DNA from: a virus | Length of the DNA stretch: 64,000 nt | Virus record (IMG/VR): IMGVR_UViG_3300032579_000010 | Location: 1 to 64,000 of that record | Strand: one strand, 5' to 3' | Shown here: piece after piece, positions 1 through 8,537 of the stretch | How the letters are laid out: the number at the start of each line of letters is the position of its first letter | Position numbering within the stretch: the stretch's first letter is position 1 | Made by a program: the position numbers and the translations under genes | Notes under the pieces: generated by a model | Told to the model about the DNA's origin: nothing | The model's input: the letters and a program-made list of their open reading frames with translations, nothing else | Database searches by the model: none

Positions 1-1
1 T

Positions 2-148
2 GAGTGGCGTATGTTTGGTGACACTAAGCCCAACGCTTATGTGGACTGTTGGAACCTACGGACGCTCGATACCCTTATGGCGCTTCATAAGCCAGACGAC
101 AATAGTGAGGAACTGTTGCGAGAAATGCTGAGCGCCGAGTTAATCTAG
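2..148 (+). CDS. 3' end of a hypothetical protein (partial)
   Basis: Frame 2 is open from the window edge (EWRMFGDTKPNAYVDCWNL...SAELI*). Its stop overlaps the helicase stop at CTAG 145-148 (convergent). Confidence 0.55.
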   Translation, partial: EWRMFGDTKPNAYVDCWNLRTLDTLMALHKPDDNSEELLREMLSAELI

Positions 149-2607
149 TCAGCGTTGTTCAAGCCACGCTCGGCTAGGGCGACAATCAAGTCACCAACAA
201 TCGAGTTACTTTCCTCGTCGTCTGCGTCTGAACCGTCAATCGCTCGGTCAACGATAGAACGCTTTGCGTCAATCAACGACGCTATGTCCTCGTCAATGGT
301 GTTCGCCGTGAGCATTAACCACGCCGTTACTGAGTCTTTTTGACCAATACGGTGGCAACGGTCTGCGCCTTGCTCCATGTCGCTCGGTGTCCAACCTTGT
401 TCTAGGAATAGAACATCACTTGCTGCGGTCAATGTCAAACCAACACCGGCGGCTTTAATGTTGCAAGCAATAACCTTTTGGTTGTCGTCAGTTTGGAATA
501 AGTCCACGGCTTCTTGTCGCTTCTCTGCGGTAATGCCACCTTGTATTTTGACGTTGTTGCTGAATCGCTCGGCAACTTCGTCTACGACTGAGCGGTGCCA
601 ACCAAAGATAACGAGTTTCTTGTCGTTATCAAGAAAGTCCTTAATCCATTGTTCAGCGACTTTCATCTTGGCTCGTGCGGCGATTTGCTTCAGTGTGCTG
701 ATTGCCACGAGTTGTTCTGCCGCTCGTGCTCGCAGTGCTTTACGCCACGCTTCGTTCTCGGCTTCCTTGCTGGTTGCTCCTGACTCCAATGCCAACTGCA
801 TAGCCAGTTCAGACAGATAACGAACAATGTCGGCTTCTGCCTCTTTGTATTCCTTCATTATCTTGGGGTCGCCTTCGACAATGACTGGTGACCAACGCTT
901 CGGTGGCAGTTCGGTAAGTACGTCAGTCTTGCGACGACGAACGTAACACGAGGCTCGTAGTTTTCTGTTGAGGGCGGCGAGGTTACGGTTGGTTGGGTTG
1001 CCATACGCATTACGGAACTTGGTTGCTCCACCAAAATCCTCAAGGCGTTTAATGACACGCAACTGGGTCATAATCTCGGTTGGGCGATTGACGATTGGTG
1101 TTCCTGATAGGCAGACACGAATACCGCCCTTCACCACTTTGTCGCTCAACTGAATACAGGCTTTGCTTCGTTGCGCCGCACCGTTCTTGATGTAGTGGCT
1201 TTCGTCAAGGACTAATCCTTTGATTGGCGGAAACTTCTCAACCCAGTGAGAAAGAATGTCGTAGTTCACGACGTAGAAATCAGCGTCAGGCATATTGCCA
1301 CTCGTGCCAGTAAGAACAGCAACCTTGACGTTGGGAATCCATTGTTCCGCTTCACGCTTCCAGTTCAGTTTGAGTGAGGCTGGACATACAAGAACAGCAG
1401 GGAACGCTTTAGCGGCGGCGATAGTGCCGAGTCCTTGGCTGGTCTTGCCCAATCCCATTTCGTCGCCAATCAGCACTCCGCCTTCTACGTCACGAGCACG
1501 AACCCACTCGCCGTCTATGTACTCAAAACCCATTGCTTGCATAGCGTAAGCAACGCCAGCACGTTGGAAAGGAAACAGTTTGAACTTGTCGCTACCAAAG
1601 TTAGGTATGGTGATGTTTGCGTCGTGAGCGGCGCTTGCCTCAACAATGTCGCTAACGATAGATGCCCTGTCAAGTAGCAGTTGCGCTTGTGGGGCAATCT
1701 CAGCGTCGTATCTCTGTATAAACTCAATGACTTCAGCAACGGACTCAAGTGGAACAATCCACGCCTTTGACAACGGCTCCCATTGACTGCCGGGGATTTG
1801 TCGAACGGTCTTTAGAAGTTCGTCGTCGTAGTTAAACCGTAGGGCGAAGTTCTCGCCTGACGCACCGACCTTGGGATTAAGTTTGATTTCGTAGTCACGC
1901 AGACGCTTCACGTCATTAGTGAGGAAAATGTTGTACTGAGTGGCGAGTTGCTTAACGAGAGATACCGCTTCTTTAGGAATAATCCACTCACGCCACTCTG
2001 GCTCCCAACGTCGCCCCGGTATTGTGCGAATAGCGTCGAGCAACGCAGGGTTGTAGTCGAACTTAATGTGGATACCGTCTTTTTCCAAAGAGGCAGTGCC
2101 AATGTAATCAGCAGAAGTTGTTGCTGGCGTTGTTGAGAGTAACGCTTGCGCTCGCTCTGATACGCCAATACTGTTGGCTTTTGCCCAACTAAGGACTGAG
2201 CCGTATTTGCTAACGGCTACTTGCCAACCTTTGAGGTCACGGTTCCACGTTGCGCCCAAGGCTTGCTTGGGATAGGCAGTATCGCCGTATGGCAAGAACA
2301 CCATAACCTTGCCGTTGCGAACGTCAATGGCACGAACACCACGGTTCAGTGCTTTTTTGACTTCCTTGGGTTCCTTAATGTCGTCATAGACAATGCCTTG
2401 CATACCAAGTTGTAGTCGGTACTTAAACAGCATTTCCCACGCTTCACGCTGGGTTGCTAAATCCCACGCTTCGGGCGGAATACTTGCGAGTTGTTTGCCA
2501 AACTTGCTGTCGGTGCCATTAAAACCAGCGCCGTCTTGCGTCTGTGCGCCGTCGCACATACCTGCGAGTGTTTGAACGGCTTTGTAGAGCAACGGGTCAG
2601 TAGGCAT
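145..2607 (-). CDS. SNF2-family helicase with N-terminal HARP-like domains (SMARCAL1-like annealing helicase)
   Basis: Motifs GDEMGLGKT, LDESH, LSGTP, GVGLTL and QGADRCHRIGQ. HARP-like repeats FDYNPALLDAIRTIPGRRW and FNYDDELLKTVRQIPGSQW. Confidence 0.9.
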   Translation of the reverse strand: MPTDPLLYKAVQTLAGMCDGAQTQDGAGFNGTDSKFGKQLASIPPEAWDLATQREAWEMLFKYRLQLGMQGIVYDDIKEPKEVKKALNRGVRAIDVRNGKVMVFLPYGDTAYPKQALGATWNRDLKGWQVAVSKYGSVLSWAKANSIGVSERAQALLSTTPATTSADYIGTASLEKDGIHIKFDYNPALLDAIRTIPGRRWEPEWREWIIPKEAVSLVKQLATQYNIFLTNDVKRLRDYEIKLNPKVGASGENFALRFNYDDELLKTVRQIPGSQWEPLSKAWIVPLESVAEVIEFIQRYDAEIAPQAQLLLDRASIVSDIVEASAAHDANITIPNFGSDKFKLFPFQRAGVAYAMQAMGFEYIDGEWVRARDVEGGVLIGDEMGLGKTSQGLGTIAAAKAFPAVLVCPASLKLNWKREAEQWIPNVKVAVLTGTSGNMPDADFYVVNYDILSHWVEKFPPIKGLVLDESHYIKNGAAQRSKACIQLSDKVVKGGIRVCLSGTPIVNRPTEIMTQLRVIKRLEDFGGATKFRNAYGNPTNRNLAALNRKLRASCYVRRRKTDVLTELPPKRWSPVIVEGDPKIMKEYKEAEADIVRYLSELAMQLALESGATSKEAENEAWRKALRARAAEQLVAISTLKQIAARAKMKVAEQWIKDFLDNDKKLVIFGWHRSVVDEVAERFSNNVKIQGGITAEKRQEAVDLFQTDDNQKVIACNIKAAGVGLTLTAASDVLFLEQGWTPSDMEQGADRCHRIGQKDSVTAWLMLTANTIDEDIASLIDAKRSIVDRAIDGSDADDEESNSIVGDLIVALAERGLNNAD

Positions 2608-2650
2608 AACTATACATCAGTATAGTAAGGATAATACCTTGCAACAAGTA

Positions 2651-2914
2651 TTACTTTTCTCGGTTGTGGTGCTTGTACAAGGCTTGGTCAGTCGTCTCTG
2701 CCCACTCCGCAATCTTGCGCCAAGTCACGCCGTGCTGACGAAGGCGAGTCACGGTCTGACGACGCTCCTTGCCTAGTTCTATAACTTCCTGCTCGTGCTT
2801 GCGCATTTGACGGCAGATGTCACGGATGTGTGATAGCAGTGACGCTACTTCTGGTGAAGTGTGCTCGTCGGCAACCTTGCGCTCTGGCAGTGGGGTGATT
2901 GGTTCAATGGACAT
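2651..2914 (-). CDS. Small helix-turn-helix DNA-binding protein
   Basis: C-terminal GVTWRKIAEWAETTDQALYK HTH-like pattern; AGGAG SD upstream. Confidence 0.65.
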   Translation of the reverse strand: MSIEPITPLPERKVADEHTSPEVASLLSHIRDICRQMRKHEQEVIELGKERRQTVTRLRQHGVTWRKIAEWAETTDQALYKHHNREK

Positions 2915-3050
2915 TGTTTTCTCCTAATGGTTCATCAAGTGTAGTGGGGTTAGTGATTAAGTCGCCAGTCGCAGTTTTCACCATACGGTCTTGCGATGAC
3001 GGATGACGACGGGTTGCTTCTAATAGTTCCGAATCGGCATCACGAGTCAT
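2904..3050 (-). CDS. Small hypothetical protein (48 aa, leaderless), not in ORF track
   Basis: MTRDADSELLEATRRHPSSQ...NNVH*. TAGGGT-N6-ATG upstream; the end overlaps the start of the HTH gene. Confidence 0.45.
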   Translation of the reverse strand: MTRDADSELLEATRRHPSSQDRMVKTATGDLITNPTTLDEPLGENNVH

Positions 3051-3108
3051 AGACAAACCCTACTACAAGGTATTGGGGTTGCGTAAGGCTTGTCTAGTGG
3101 TGGAAAGT

Positions 3109-3207
3109 TTAGAAGTGACGCATTAAAACGGCGATAAGTACAGCCGAAATCTGCCCTAAAACAAACAGGACGAGATTGTGGTCTTCAGGGGCAACAGGTG
3201 ACTTCAC
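3109..3207 (-). CDS. Small membrane peptide (32 aa), not in ORF track
   Basis: GTG start 8 nt after AGGAG; MKSPVAPEDHNLVLFVLGQISAVLIAVLMRHF* has one hydrophobic helix. Confidence 0.45.
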   Translation of the reverse strand: MKSPVAPEDHNLVLFVLGQISAVLIAVLMRHF

Positions 3208-3243
3208 GGCGACACTCCTAGTCAGTCTGTAGTTTTCACTACC

Positions 3244-3609
3244 CTACGATTTTATCTCACTAATCGTGATTTCTAGTGCGTCACGTCCGTACTGAGGCGC
3301 AAGGAAAGTTAGTTTCAACACGATTCCAGCATGGTCGTCAATCAAAACGCCAGCATCAACCAAGCCGTCAATGGCTGCTTTGACTTGAGGGAAACACGCA
3401 CCAACATCTTGGCGGTAGCGAGCGTTCATAACGTAGGGCTGAACGACAACTTCGATTTGTTCCATTCGTGGCACCATTGCTTCTTGTGCCAACTCGCAAA
3501 AGGCGGCTCGCCACTCTTTCACCACTTTGGCTCGAACCATGTGATGAACGGTGCGCTCTTTGTTTAGCGTGAAGTCAGGGCGGTGCTCGTAGGTGAGCGT
3601 GTAGGTCAT
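3244..3609 (-). CDS. rusA: RusA-like Holliday junction resolvase
   Basis: RQDVGA..QVKAAIDGLVDAGVLIDD acidic catalytic pattern; size and location in the replication module fit. Confidence 0.8.
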   Translation of the reverse strand: MTYTLTYEHRPDFTLNKERTVHHMVRAKVVKEWRAAFCELAQEAMVPRMEQIEVVVQPYVMNARYRQDVGACFPQVKAAIDGLVDAGVLIDDHAGIVLKLTFLAPQYGRDALEITISEIKS

Positions 3610-4097
3610 AGAGAAAGTATCTTGAATGGTGGTCGTGCCATCAAGCCGTGCGTCGAGGCAGATTTCAGTGCGGTAGTTAATCGTTCTCTTGGCGTAATGG
3701 TCGTGCCTTCGAGGGCAAACAACGCACCAAGGGCAATCGCTTCTCCTGCGCCGACAGAACCATAGTTCTCACGACATTTCACCACGGCAAAGTCATCAGT
3801 GATGTAATAAATGCCGGTTGTATTGACGACGAGTAGTTCTGCGCCCCATTCTTCTGGAACATTGTTTCGGGCTTCCCAAACTGACGAAAGGTGGTCACGG
3901 AGTGCGTAGGGGTCGCCAATGCCACATTCCTTGGCGATTTCACCTTGGCGGAACGAACCAGCGATTCCAACTAAAGAATCTTCTGATTTCCAAACTTTAG
4001 CGTCAGAGGCAATGGTGACAGTATCGGACGAGAAGGCACCTGAGTCGCCCCCAATCCACGCACTTCTCTTGTCGAACCAACCAACTATGACCGTCAT
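3606..4097 (-). CDS. Proteasome-beta/HslV-like Ntn protease
   Basis: After Met removal, Thr1, Asp17 and Lys33 fall at the canonical positions; GIAGS and ALGAL motifs. Confidence 0.8.
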   Translation of the reverse strand: MTVIVGWFDKRSAWIGGDSGAFSSDTVTIASDAKVWKSEDSLVGIAGSFRQGEIAKECGIGDPYALRDHLSSVWEARNNVPEEWGAELLVVNTTGIYYITDDFAVVKCRENYGSVGAGEAIALGALFALEGTTITPRERLTTALKSASTHGLMARPPFKILSL

Positions 4098-4134
4098 AAC
4101 CCCTAGCCTACTAGGGGTATTTCAGTAGCCTGAT

Positions 4135-4329
4135 TTAGTTAGCAGGCGTGTCGTTTGCGCTGGCTTCGATTTGCGCAATCGTTGGTCCGTCGCCCAGCCC
4201 ACCCTTGGCGATGCTGTTGATTGAGCCATCGTTGTTGTGAGTGTGACTCGAATACTCAATGTATAAAAATACAACAGTGGCGAGAATAGCAAGCCACGAG
4301 ACACAGAGGATAATGGCGAAATAGGTCAT
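4135..4329 (-). CDS. Small membrane protein
   Basis: N-terminal hydrophobic helix; TAGTAT-N6-ATG leaderless start. Confidence 0.55.
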   Translation of the reverse strand: MTYFAIILCVSWLAILATVVFLYIEYSSHTHNNDGSINSIAKGGLGDGPTIAQIEASANDTPAN

Positions 4330-4347
4330 AGCGAAATACTACACCCA

Positions 4348-4575
4348 CTATTTCACTGGCTTGTTTTTCTTGATTTCCTCGTGCACTACCGACGGGTACT
4401 TGTAGTCAGGATTTTCCTCGTGGGCAATCATCAGTTCGCCAGCGTACTCTTGGTTTTGACTACGCATCATGTAACCGCAAGGACAGCGAACCTCGAACAT
4501 ATTGCCGAACATTGGAGATTTGTAAGTGACAACCTCGGTGAGGTGTTTGGCTGACGCTGGCTTCTTGGTCGCCAT
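4348..4575 (-). CDS. Hypothetical protein, possible Zn-binding
   Basis: CPCG...H motif; TAATG coupling with the upstream gene. Confidence 0.6.
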   Translation of the reverse strand: MATKKPASAKHLTEVVTYKSPMFGNMFEVRCPCGYMMRSQNQEYAGELMIAHEENPDYKYPSVVHEEIKKNKPVK

Positions 4576-5132
4576 TAGACGGCAAGCCCAAGTTGCTTGG
4601 AGTGCTCAAGGAACAGGTTGGTCGGCGTTACGTCGTAGATACTGCCCCACGACTTCAACATTCCACCAAAGCGCAACGCTTCGCCTGATACGGCACTGCA
4701 CACCCAAGTTAAGTTTCGGCGGAACTCGATGAACCAGTCTGGGGAGAGAATGTCTATGGCAATGCACAGAATACTCAAAATCCCATAAGGGTCGCCTACT
4801 TGCTCTAAGGCAAAGCGAACAATGTCCTCACGTCGCCATGACTCGTGCGCTGGCAAAACGTCAATCAGGTACGCACCAACCATTACGTCGGCAAATGAAC
4901 TCACGATTACACCACGCAACGTTGCCTGAACAACCTTGATGTCGTCGTAAGTGTCACCTGCTTCGATAACAGTGAAGGCGTGGTTGTACTTGCCGTTGCG
5001 CCACTTTAACTTTTCACCAACACGAATCAAAAAGCCCATAAAACCAGTCGTTCGTGCGTAGCCGGTATCGCCAGCCTTTATTTCACTAGGTTGTAGGTTG
5101 ACGACACAAGGTGGTCGGTCTTTCTTTGACAT
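4575..5132 (-). CDS. Permuted papain-like NlpC/P60 (YiiX/YebB-like) enzyme
   Basis: His (YNHAF) precedes G.PY and Cys (WVCSAV), the permuted order. Confidence 0.7.
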   Translation of the reverse strand: MSKKDRPPCVVNLQPSEIKAGDTGYARTTGFMGFLIRVGEKLKWRNGKYNHAFTVIEAGDTYDDIKVVQATLRGVIVSSFADVMVGAYLIDVLPAHESWRREDIVRFALEQVGDPYGILSILCIAIDILSPDWFIEFRRNLTWVCSAVSGEALRFGGMLKSWGSIYDVTPTNLFLEHSKQLGLAV

Positions 5133-5591
5133 TTACGCCTCCCAAGCGTGTTTGGTAAGTCCAAGTTCATGCGCCTTGGTTGGGTTGTCCTCAATCCAAG
5201 AGTTGTGGTGATTACAGGCTAGCAAGATACCACTCATGTCTAGCAAGTTTGCGTCGGTGCGTCCTGCTCGTGCCCGTGACAAGATTTCGTGACCGTTGAC
5301 AGCGCCGAAACAAGTCGTTCCGATTACGTCGCCAATCTGACACTTCCACAGTTCACGCTTGCCAAAGTGAGCAATCATCGCTTCCTTGCGTTGCTTGTTC
5401 ACTTCTTTGCGTTTTTCACTAACTTGCTTCAGTGGCTTGCGCTCTAACGTGCTCTCTCCTTGCTTCAACGGCGTTCGCTTGAGCGTTGATTCGCCCTGCT
5501 TGAGTGGTGTTCGCTTCAGTTGGCTATCGCCACGCTTTAACGGTGTGCGCTTAAGTTGGCTCGTGCCTCGCTTCAGTGGCGTTCTCTTCAC
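5133..5591 (-). CDS. HNH endonuclease-like protein with basic N-terminal repeats
   Basis: CQI...C...HEILSRARAG...LACNHHNSWI; N-terminal (KRTPLKxGxSxL)n. Confidence 0.7.
   Translation of the reverse strand: MKRTPLKRGTSQLKRTPLKRGDSQLKRTPLKQGESTLKRTPLKQGESTLERKPLKQVSEKRKEVNKQRKEAMIAHFGKRELWKCQIGDVIGTTCFGAVNGHEILSRARAGRTDANLLDMSGILLACNHHNSWIEDNPTKAHELGLTKHAWEA
5420..5588 (-). repeat. ~5 x 36-bp (12-aa) coding tandem repeat
   Basis: KRTPLKRGTSQL / KRTPLKRGDSQL / KRTPLKQGESTL / KRTPLKQGESTL / ERKPLKQVS. Confidence 0.85.
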
Positions 5592-5687
5592 TTAATGACC
5601 GCCAAAAAGGAAGTAACCAGTGACAACGGCAACGACGATTCCCACGATGGTGATTACCGTGTCCGAGTTATTTTTGCGATAGAACAT
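5592..5687 (-). CDS. Small membrane peptide (31 aa), not in ORF track
   Basis: MFYRKNNSDTVITIVGIVVAVVTGYFLFGGH*; the stop abuts the HNH start. Confidence 0.5.
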   Translation of the reverse strand: MFYRKNNSDTVITIVGIVVAVVTGYFLFGGH

Positions 5688-5735
5688 TTCGTCGTCATTG
5701 TAGTCAAAGATTCTTATACGCCAACTATACCTCGG

Positions 5736-6266
5736 TTATGTCGTCTCAATGGAGATGGCTTTGTTAACGCCCTCAAGCATTGAGATTACCCTTGCGCTAG
5801 GCATTACGCCTTGTGCCGTAAGGGTTTGACGCTCGGCTCGTGCCCTCATGTTCTCGTAAGCCCGAAAGAACTGACCACGGATTACGTCTGGGTTTTCTGA
5901 CAGGCAGATTGTTACCCAGCCAAACGCATCAACGGTCTTGCGAGTTGCGCCAGTGGTTTCGTCGTCGCTGAACTTAGGCGAACCCATACGACCAACCATT
6001 CGCACTTGGTTTCTGACTTCGCCCCACGCCAAATCAGCGGTGAGTGGTGTTGTGCCAATCAGTTCGCTCGCCATTTTGCGAAGCCCTGCGACAGTCGGTG
6101 GGTATTCCTCGGACGCAATCCACGTCGCTATGGCACCACGCATTATTTCGTAGTCAATGTCCATCAACATAAACGAGTACACCTCAATGGTGTCGGCGGT
6201 GATTTTCCAGTTTGGGTAGGCGTTACCTAGCGCCGAGATTGCTTTGGTTGTTTCCTCAGGTGTCAT
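5736..6266 (-). CDS. Replicative helicase loader/inhibitor (SPP1 G39P-like)
   Basis: AYPNW..LMDIDYE..PPTVAGLR, AWGEV; directly downstream of the initiator with ATGA overlap. Confidence 0.7.
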   Translation of the reverse strand: MTPEETTKAISALGNAYPNWKITADTIEVYSFMLMDIDYEIMRGAIATWIASEEYPPTVAGLRKMASELIGTTPLTADLAWGEVRNQVRMVGRMGSPKFSDDETTGATRKTVDAFGWVTICLSENPDVIRGQFFRAYENMRARAERQTLTAQGVMPSARVISMLEGVNKAISIETT

Positions 6267-7084
6267 AGGACTTCTCCTTCTATGTAGATTTGTCGTGCTT
6301 GGAAGCCAGCAATGGCTCGCTCAACGTTGGACATTGGCGCAACATTTCCGAGAGCGCCGTCGGCGTAATCCTCGTAGCGTTTCTTCGTACCAAAAAAAGT
6401 TGTGGGGTGCAAAGTGAAGGTTTGCTCTTCGCCCTCACGCACCTTGGCGTAGTTGATTGTCGCTTTCAGTAGTTCTTCGAACGACACCCCCTCTTTGCGT
6501 CGTGCTGAGTAGGCACTCAAGGCACCAGCCTTGTTTAGACGACGTGGATAGTGACCCCAGATTTCCTGAAACTCTAAGGAAAACTTGTTTTCCGCAGAAG
6601 AAGTACTCTTATTCTTTGGTACTATTTCTTTTTTAGTTGATTTATTCTTTATTATGTCTACGGGTTTGCCGTCAACGGTTGAGCCGTCAACGGGTAAGCC
6701 GTTAACGGGTTTCCCGTCAACGGTAAATCCGTCACGGTGCTTCTTACTAAGGAACCAAAACCCTTGGTCGCCGTAGCCACCTATAGGCATTTCATAGACC
6801 GTTCGCTCGACTTCACCAAACGAACCAGTCTCTTGGCGTACATACGCCTTGGTGAGGTAACCGTATTCCTCAAGTTCGTCCAAAATGCGCTTGAGTTTGT
6901 CACGCCCAGCGTTGGGCGAAATCGTTGCTAGGTGCTTCATGTTCACTACCCAGTCGTCTTGGAATGAAAGCAAGGTAATCAGCAGACCTCGTGCTTCCCA
7001 CGAAAGTCGGGTGTCATTGACTGTTCGCTTGTCAATGATGTCAAAGTAGTTTCTTGACGATTCGTTAGAGCGCCTAATGCCCAT
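6263..7084 (-). CDS. Phage replication initiator (N-terminal HTH, C-terminal conserved phage domain)
   Basis: DTRLSWEARGLL...ELEEYGYL N-terminal domain; FQEIWGHYPR...HPTTF C-terminal domain; repeats in the linker. Confidence 0.8.
   Translation of the reverse strand: MGIRRSNESSRNYFDIIDKRTVNDTRLSWEARGLLITLLSFQDDWVVNMKHLATISPNAGRDKLKRILDELEEYGYLTKAYVRQETGSFGEVERTVYEMPIGGYGDQGFWFLSKKHRDGFTVDGKPVNGLPVDGSTVDGKPVDIIKNKSTKKEIVPKNKSTSSAENKFSLEFQEIWGHYPRRLNKAGALSAYSARRKEGVSFEELLKATINYAKVREGEEQTFTLHPTTFFGTKKRYEDYADGALGNVAPMSNVERAIAGFQARQIYIEGEVL
6605..6737. repeat. Probable replication origin: iterons CCGTYAACGG at 15-bp period plus adjacent AT-rich tract
   Basis: CCGTCAACGG at 6669, 6684 and 6714; CCGTTAACGG at 6699; degenerate copies at 6654 and 6729; T-rich stretch ~6605-6655. 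Confidence 0.7.
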
Positions 7085-7163
7085 TTTGCTCCTTCACTAG
7101 GTAGAGCACACTACACACTTTTCTCGGCTCAAACAAGCCACCCAAAAAAACTTTGTGTCGTAA

Positions 7164-7193
7164 TGGACACGGGTTGAGTGGTCGTGCTAAAGT
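7164..7193 (+). promoter_or_regulatory. SigA-like promoter for the rightward operon
   Basis: TGGACA-N18-TAAAGT with extended TGn, in the divergent intergenic gap. Confidence 0.5.
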
Positions 7194-7252
7194 CGTCGGT
7201 GACGATAACGGTTCCGATTGCGATAGCAAAGGACAAACAGAAAGGTGAACCA

Positions 7253-8164
7253 ATGAGTTCATTATTTACCAAGGCGACGAAGGCTGAAGCAAAAGCCCGA
7301 ATCGCAGTAACCGGACCTTCGGGTTCAGGCAAGACGTACAGCGCACTGTTGTGGGCTACCGAACTTGCTGACGGCGGAAAGATTGCCGTGATTGACACAG
7401 AGCGTGACAGCGCCAAGTTGTACGCAGACCGCTTTGACTTCGACACTCTCTCAATGAGTGCTCCGTACCACCCAGACCGTCTCGTGGATATCCTCAAGGA
7501 GGCGGAAGACGAAGGCTACGCCGTTGTGGTGATTGACAGCCTTACTCACTTTTGGAATGGTCAGGGCGGAATCCTAGAGATTGTCGAAAACGCTGGCGCT
7601 AAGGGTTCAGGTAACGCCTTCGCAGGTTGGAAGGTAGCAACACCTATCCAGCAACGTATGGTGGACACCATTCTTGCGTTCAACGGACACATCATTACCT
7701 CTATGCGTTCTAAGACTGAGTACTCATTAGAGAAGGGCGATAATGGTCGCCTCTCACCAAAGAAGATTGGTCTTGCACCGCAACAGCGTGACGGTATCGA
7801 ATACGAGTACACGCTTGTACTTGAGATGGACACCGAACACCGCACCATTATTGGCAAGACACGTTGTGAGGCTTTGGCTGACCAAGTGTTCGCACCAAAC
7901 AAGGCGAAGGACGCTGTTGGAACGTTCAAGAACTGGCTCAAGTCAGGCGACCCAATGATTTCTGACACCGAGCGTGACTCTCTTGACGGACGTATTCGTG
8001 CGCTCTCAGCAGAACAGCGCAAGGCTCTCGCTAAGGAGTGGGGCGCAAACGGACTTCCTAAGGTGAATAACCTACCAAAGTCACGCCTCGACGACGCTCT
8101 CGCTCTCGTAGCGGAAATCGCCAACAATGCGGAGCCAAACCTAGACGAGGTTGTACCTTCCTAG
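7253..8164 (+). CDS. Sak4-like AAA ATPase (single-strand annealing recombinase)
   Basis: GPSGSGKT Walker A, IDTE, VVIDSLTHFW; start at ATG 7253 after AAAGGTGA. Confidence 0.8.
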   Translation: MSSLFTKATKAEAKARIAVTGPSGSGKTYSALLWATELADGGKIAVIDTERDSAKLYADRFDFDTLSMSAPYHPDRLVDILKEAEDEGYAVVVIDSLTHFWNGQGGILEIVENAGAKGSGNAFAGWKVATPIQQRMVDTILAFNGHIITSMRSKTEYSLEKGDNGRLSPKKIGLAPQQRDGIEYEYTLVLEMDTEHRTIIGKTRCEALADQVFAPNKAKDAVGTFKNWLKSGDPMISDTERDSLDGRIRALSAEQRKALAKEWGANGLPKVNNLPKSRLDDALALVAEIANNAEPNLDEVVPS

Positions 8165-8203
8165 TTTGACCGCATTGGGGGCTATTTAGCCCATTTGAGC
8201 CTT

Positions 8204-8246
8204 AAAATCCCGTTCTAGTACCGTAACTGGTCTAGGACGGGATTTT
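8204..8246. terminator. Stem-loop terminator after the Sak4-like gene
   Basis: AAAATCCCGTTCTAG(T)ACC-GTAACT-GGTCTAGGACGGGATTTT inverted repeat. Confidence 0.65.
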
Positions 8247-8263
8247 GGCATTTAAGGGGGTGT

Positions 8264-8317
8264 TTGCATTTGTCACACCAACCTGCTAATCTTACTTTAG
8301 TAGGGTTTAGTAACTGA
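8264..8317 (+). promoter_or_regulatory. Promoter TTGCAT-N17-TAATCT with TGTCACACC and TAGTAACTGA boxes
   Basis: Canonical spacing; both boxes recur at 8890-8929. Confidence 0.6.
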
Positions 8318-8330
8318 CAAAGGAGAACAA

Positions 8331-8537
8331 GTGGACATCGAAATCTACGAACTGGTTTCCAAGGCGCTCGGCAACTTGCGCAGTGGCAACCTTGCTGTAT
8401 GCGACGCATTGCTGGTTAATGTAATCAACACGTTTGACGCTCGTATGAGCCACCAGTACGATTTGAGCAACGAAGTGGAAGTATCCGACGACGAAATCAA
8501 CGCAGTATTCGGTAAATCAAAGGTTGAGGCGGACTAA
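8331..8537 (+). CDS. Hypothetical protein
   Basis: AAGGAG SD; TAATG coupling to the next gene. Confidence 0.65.
   Translation: MDIEIYELVSKALGNLRSGNLAVCDALLVNVINTFDARMSHQYDLSNEVEVSDDEINAVFGKSKVEAD

Noticed and set aside
7178-7252. N-terminal extension of the Sak4-like ORF
   Set aside because: It overlaps the predicted promoter. The SD supports ATG 7253.
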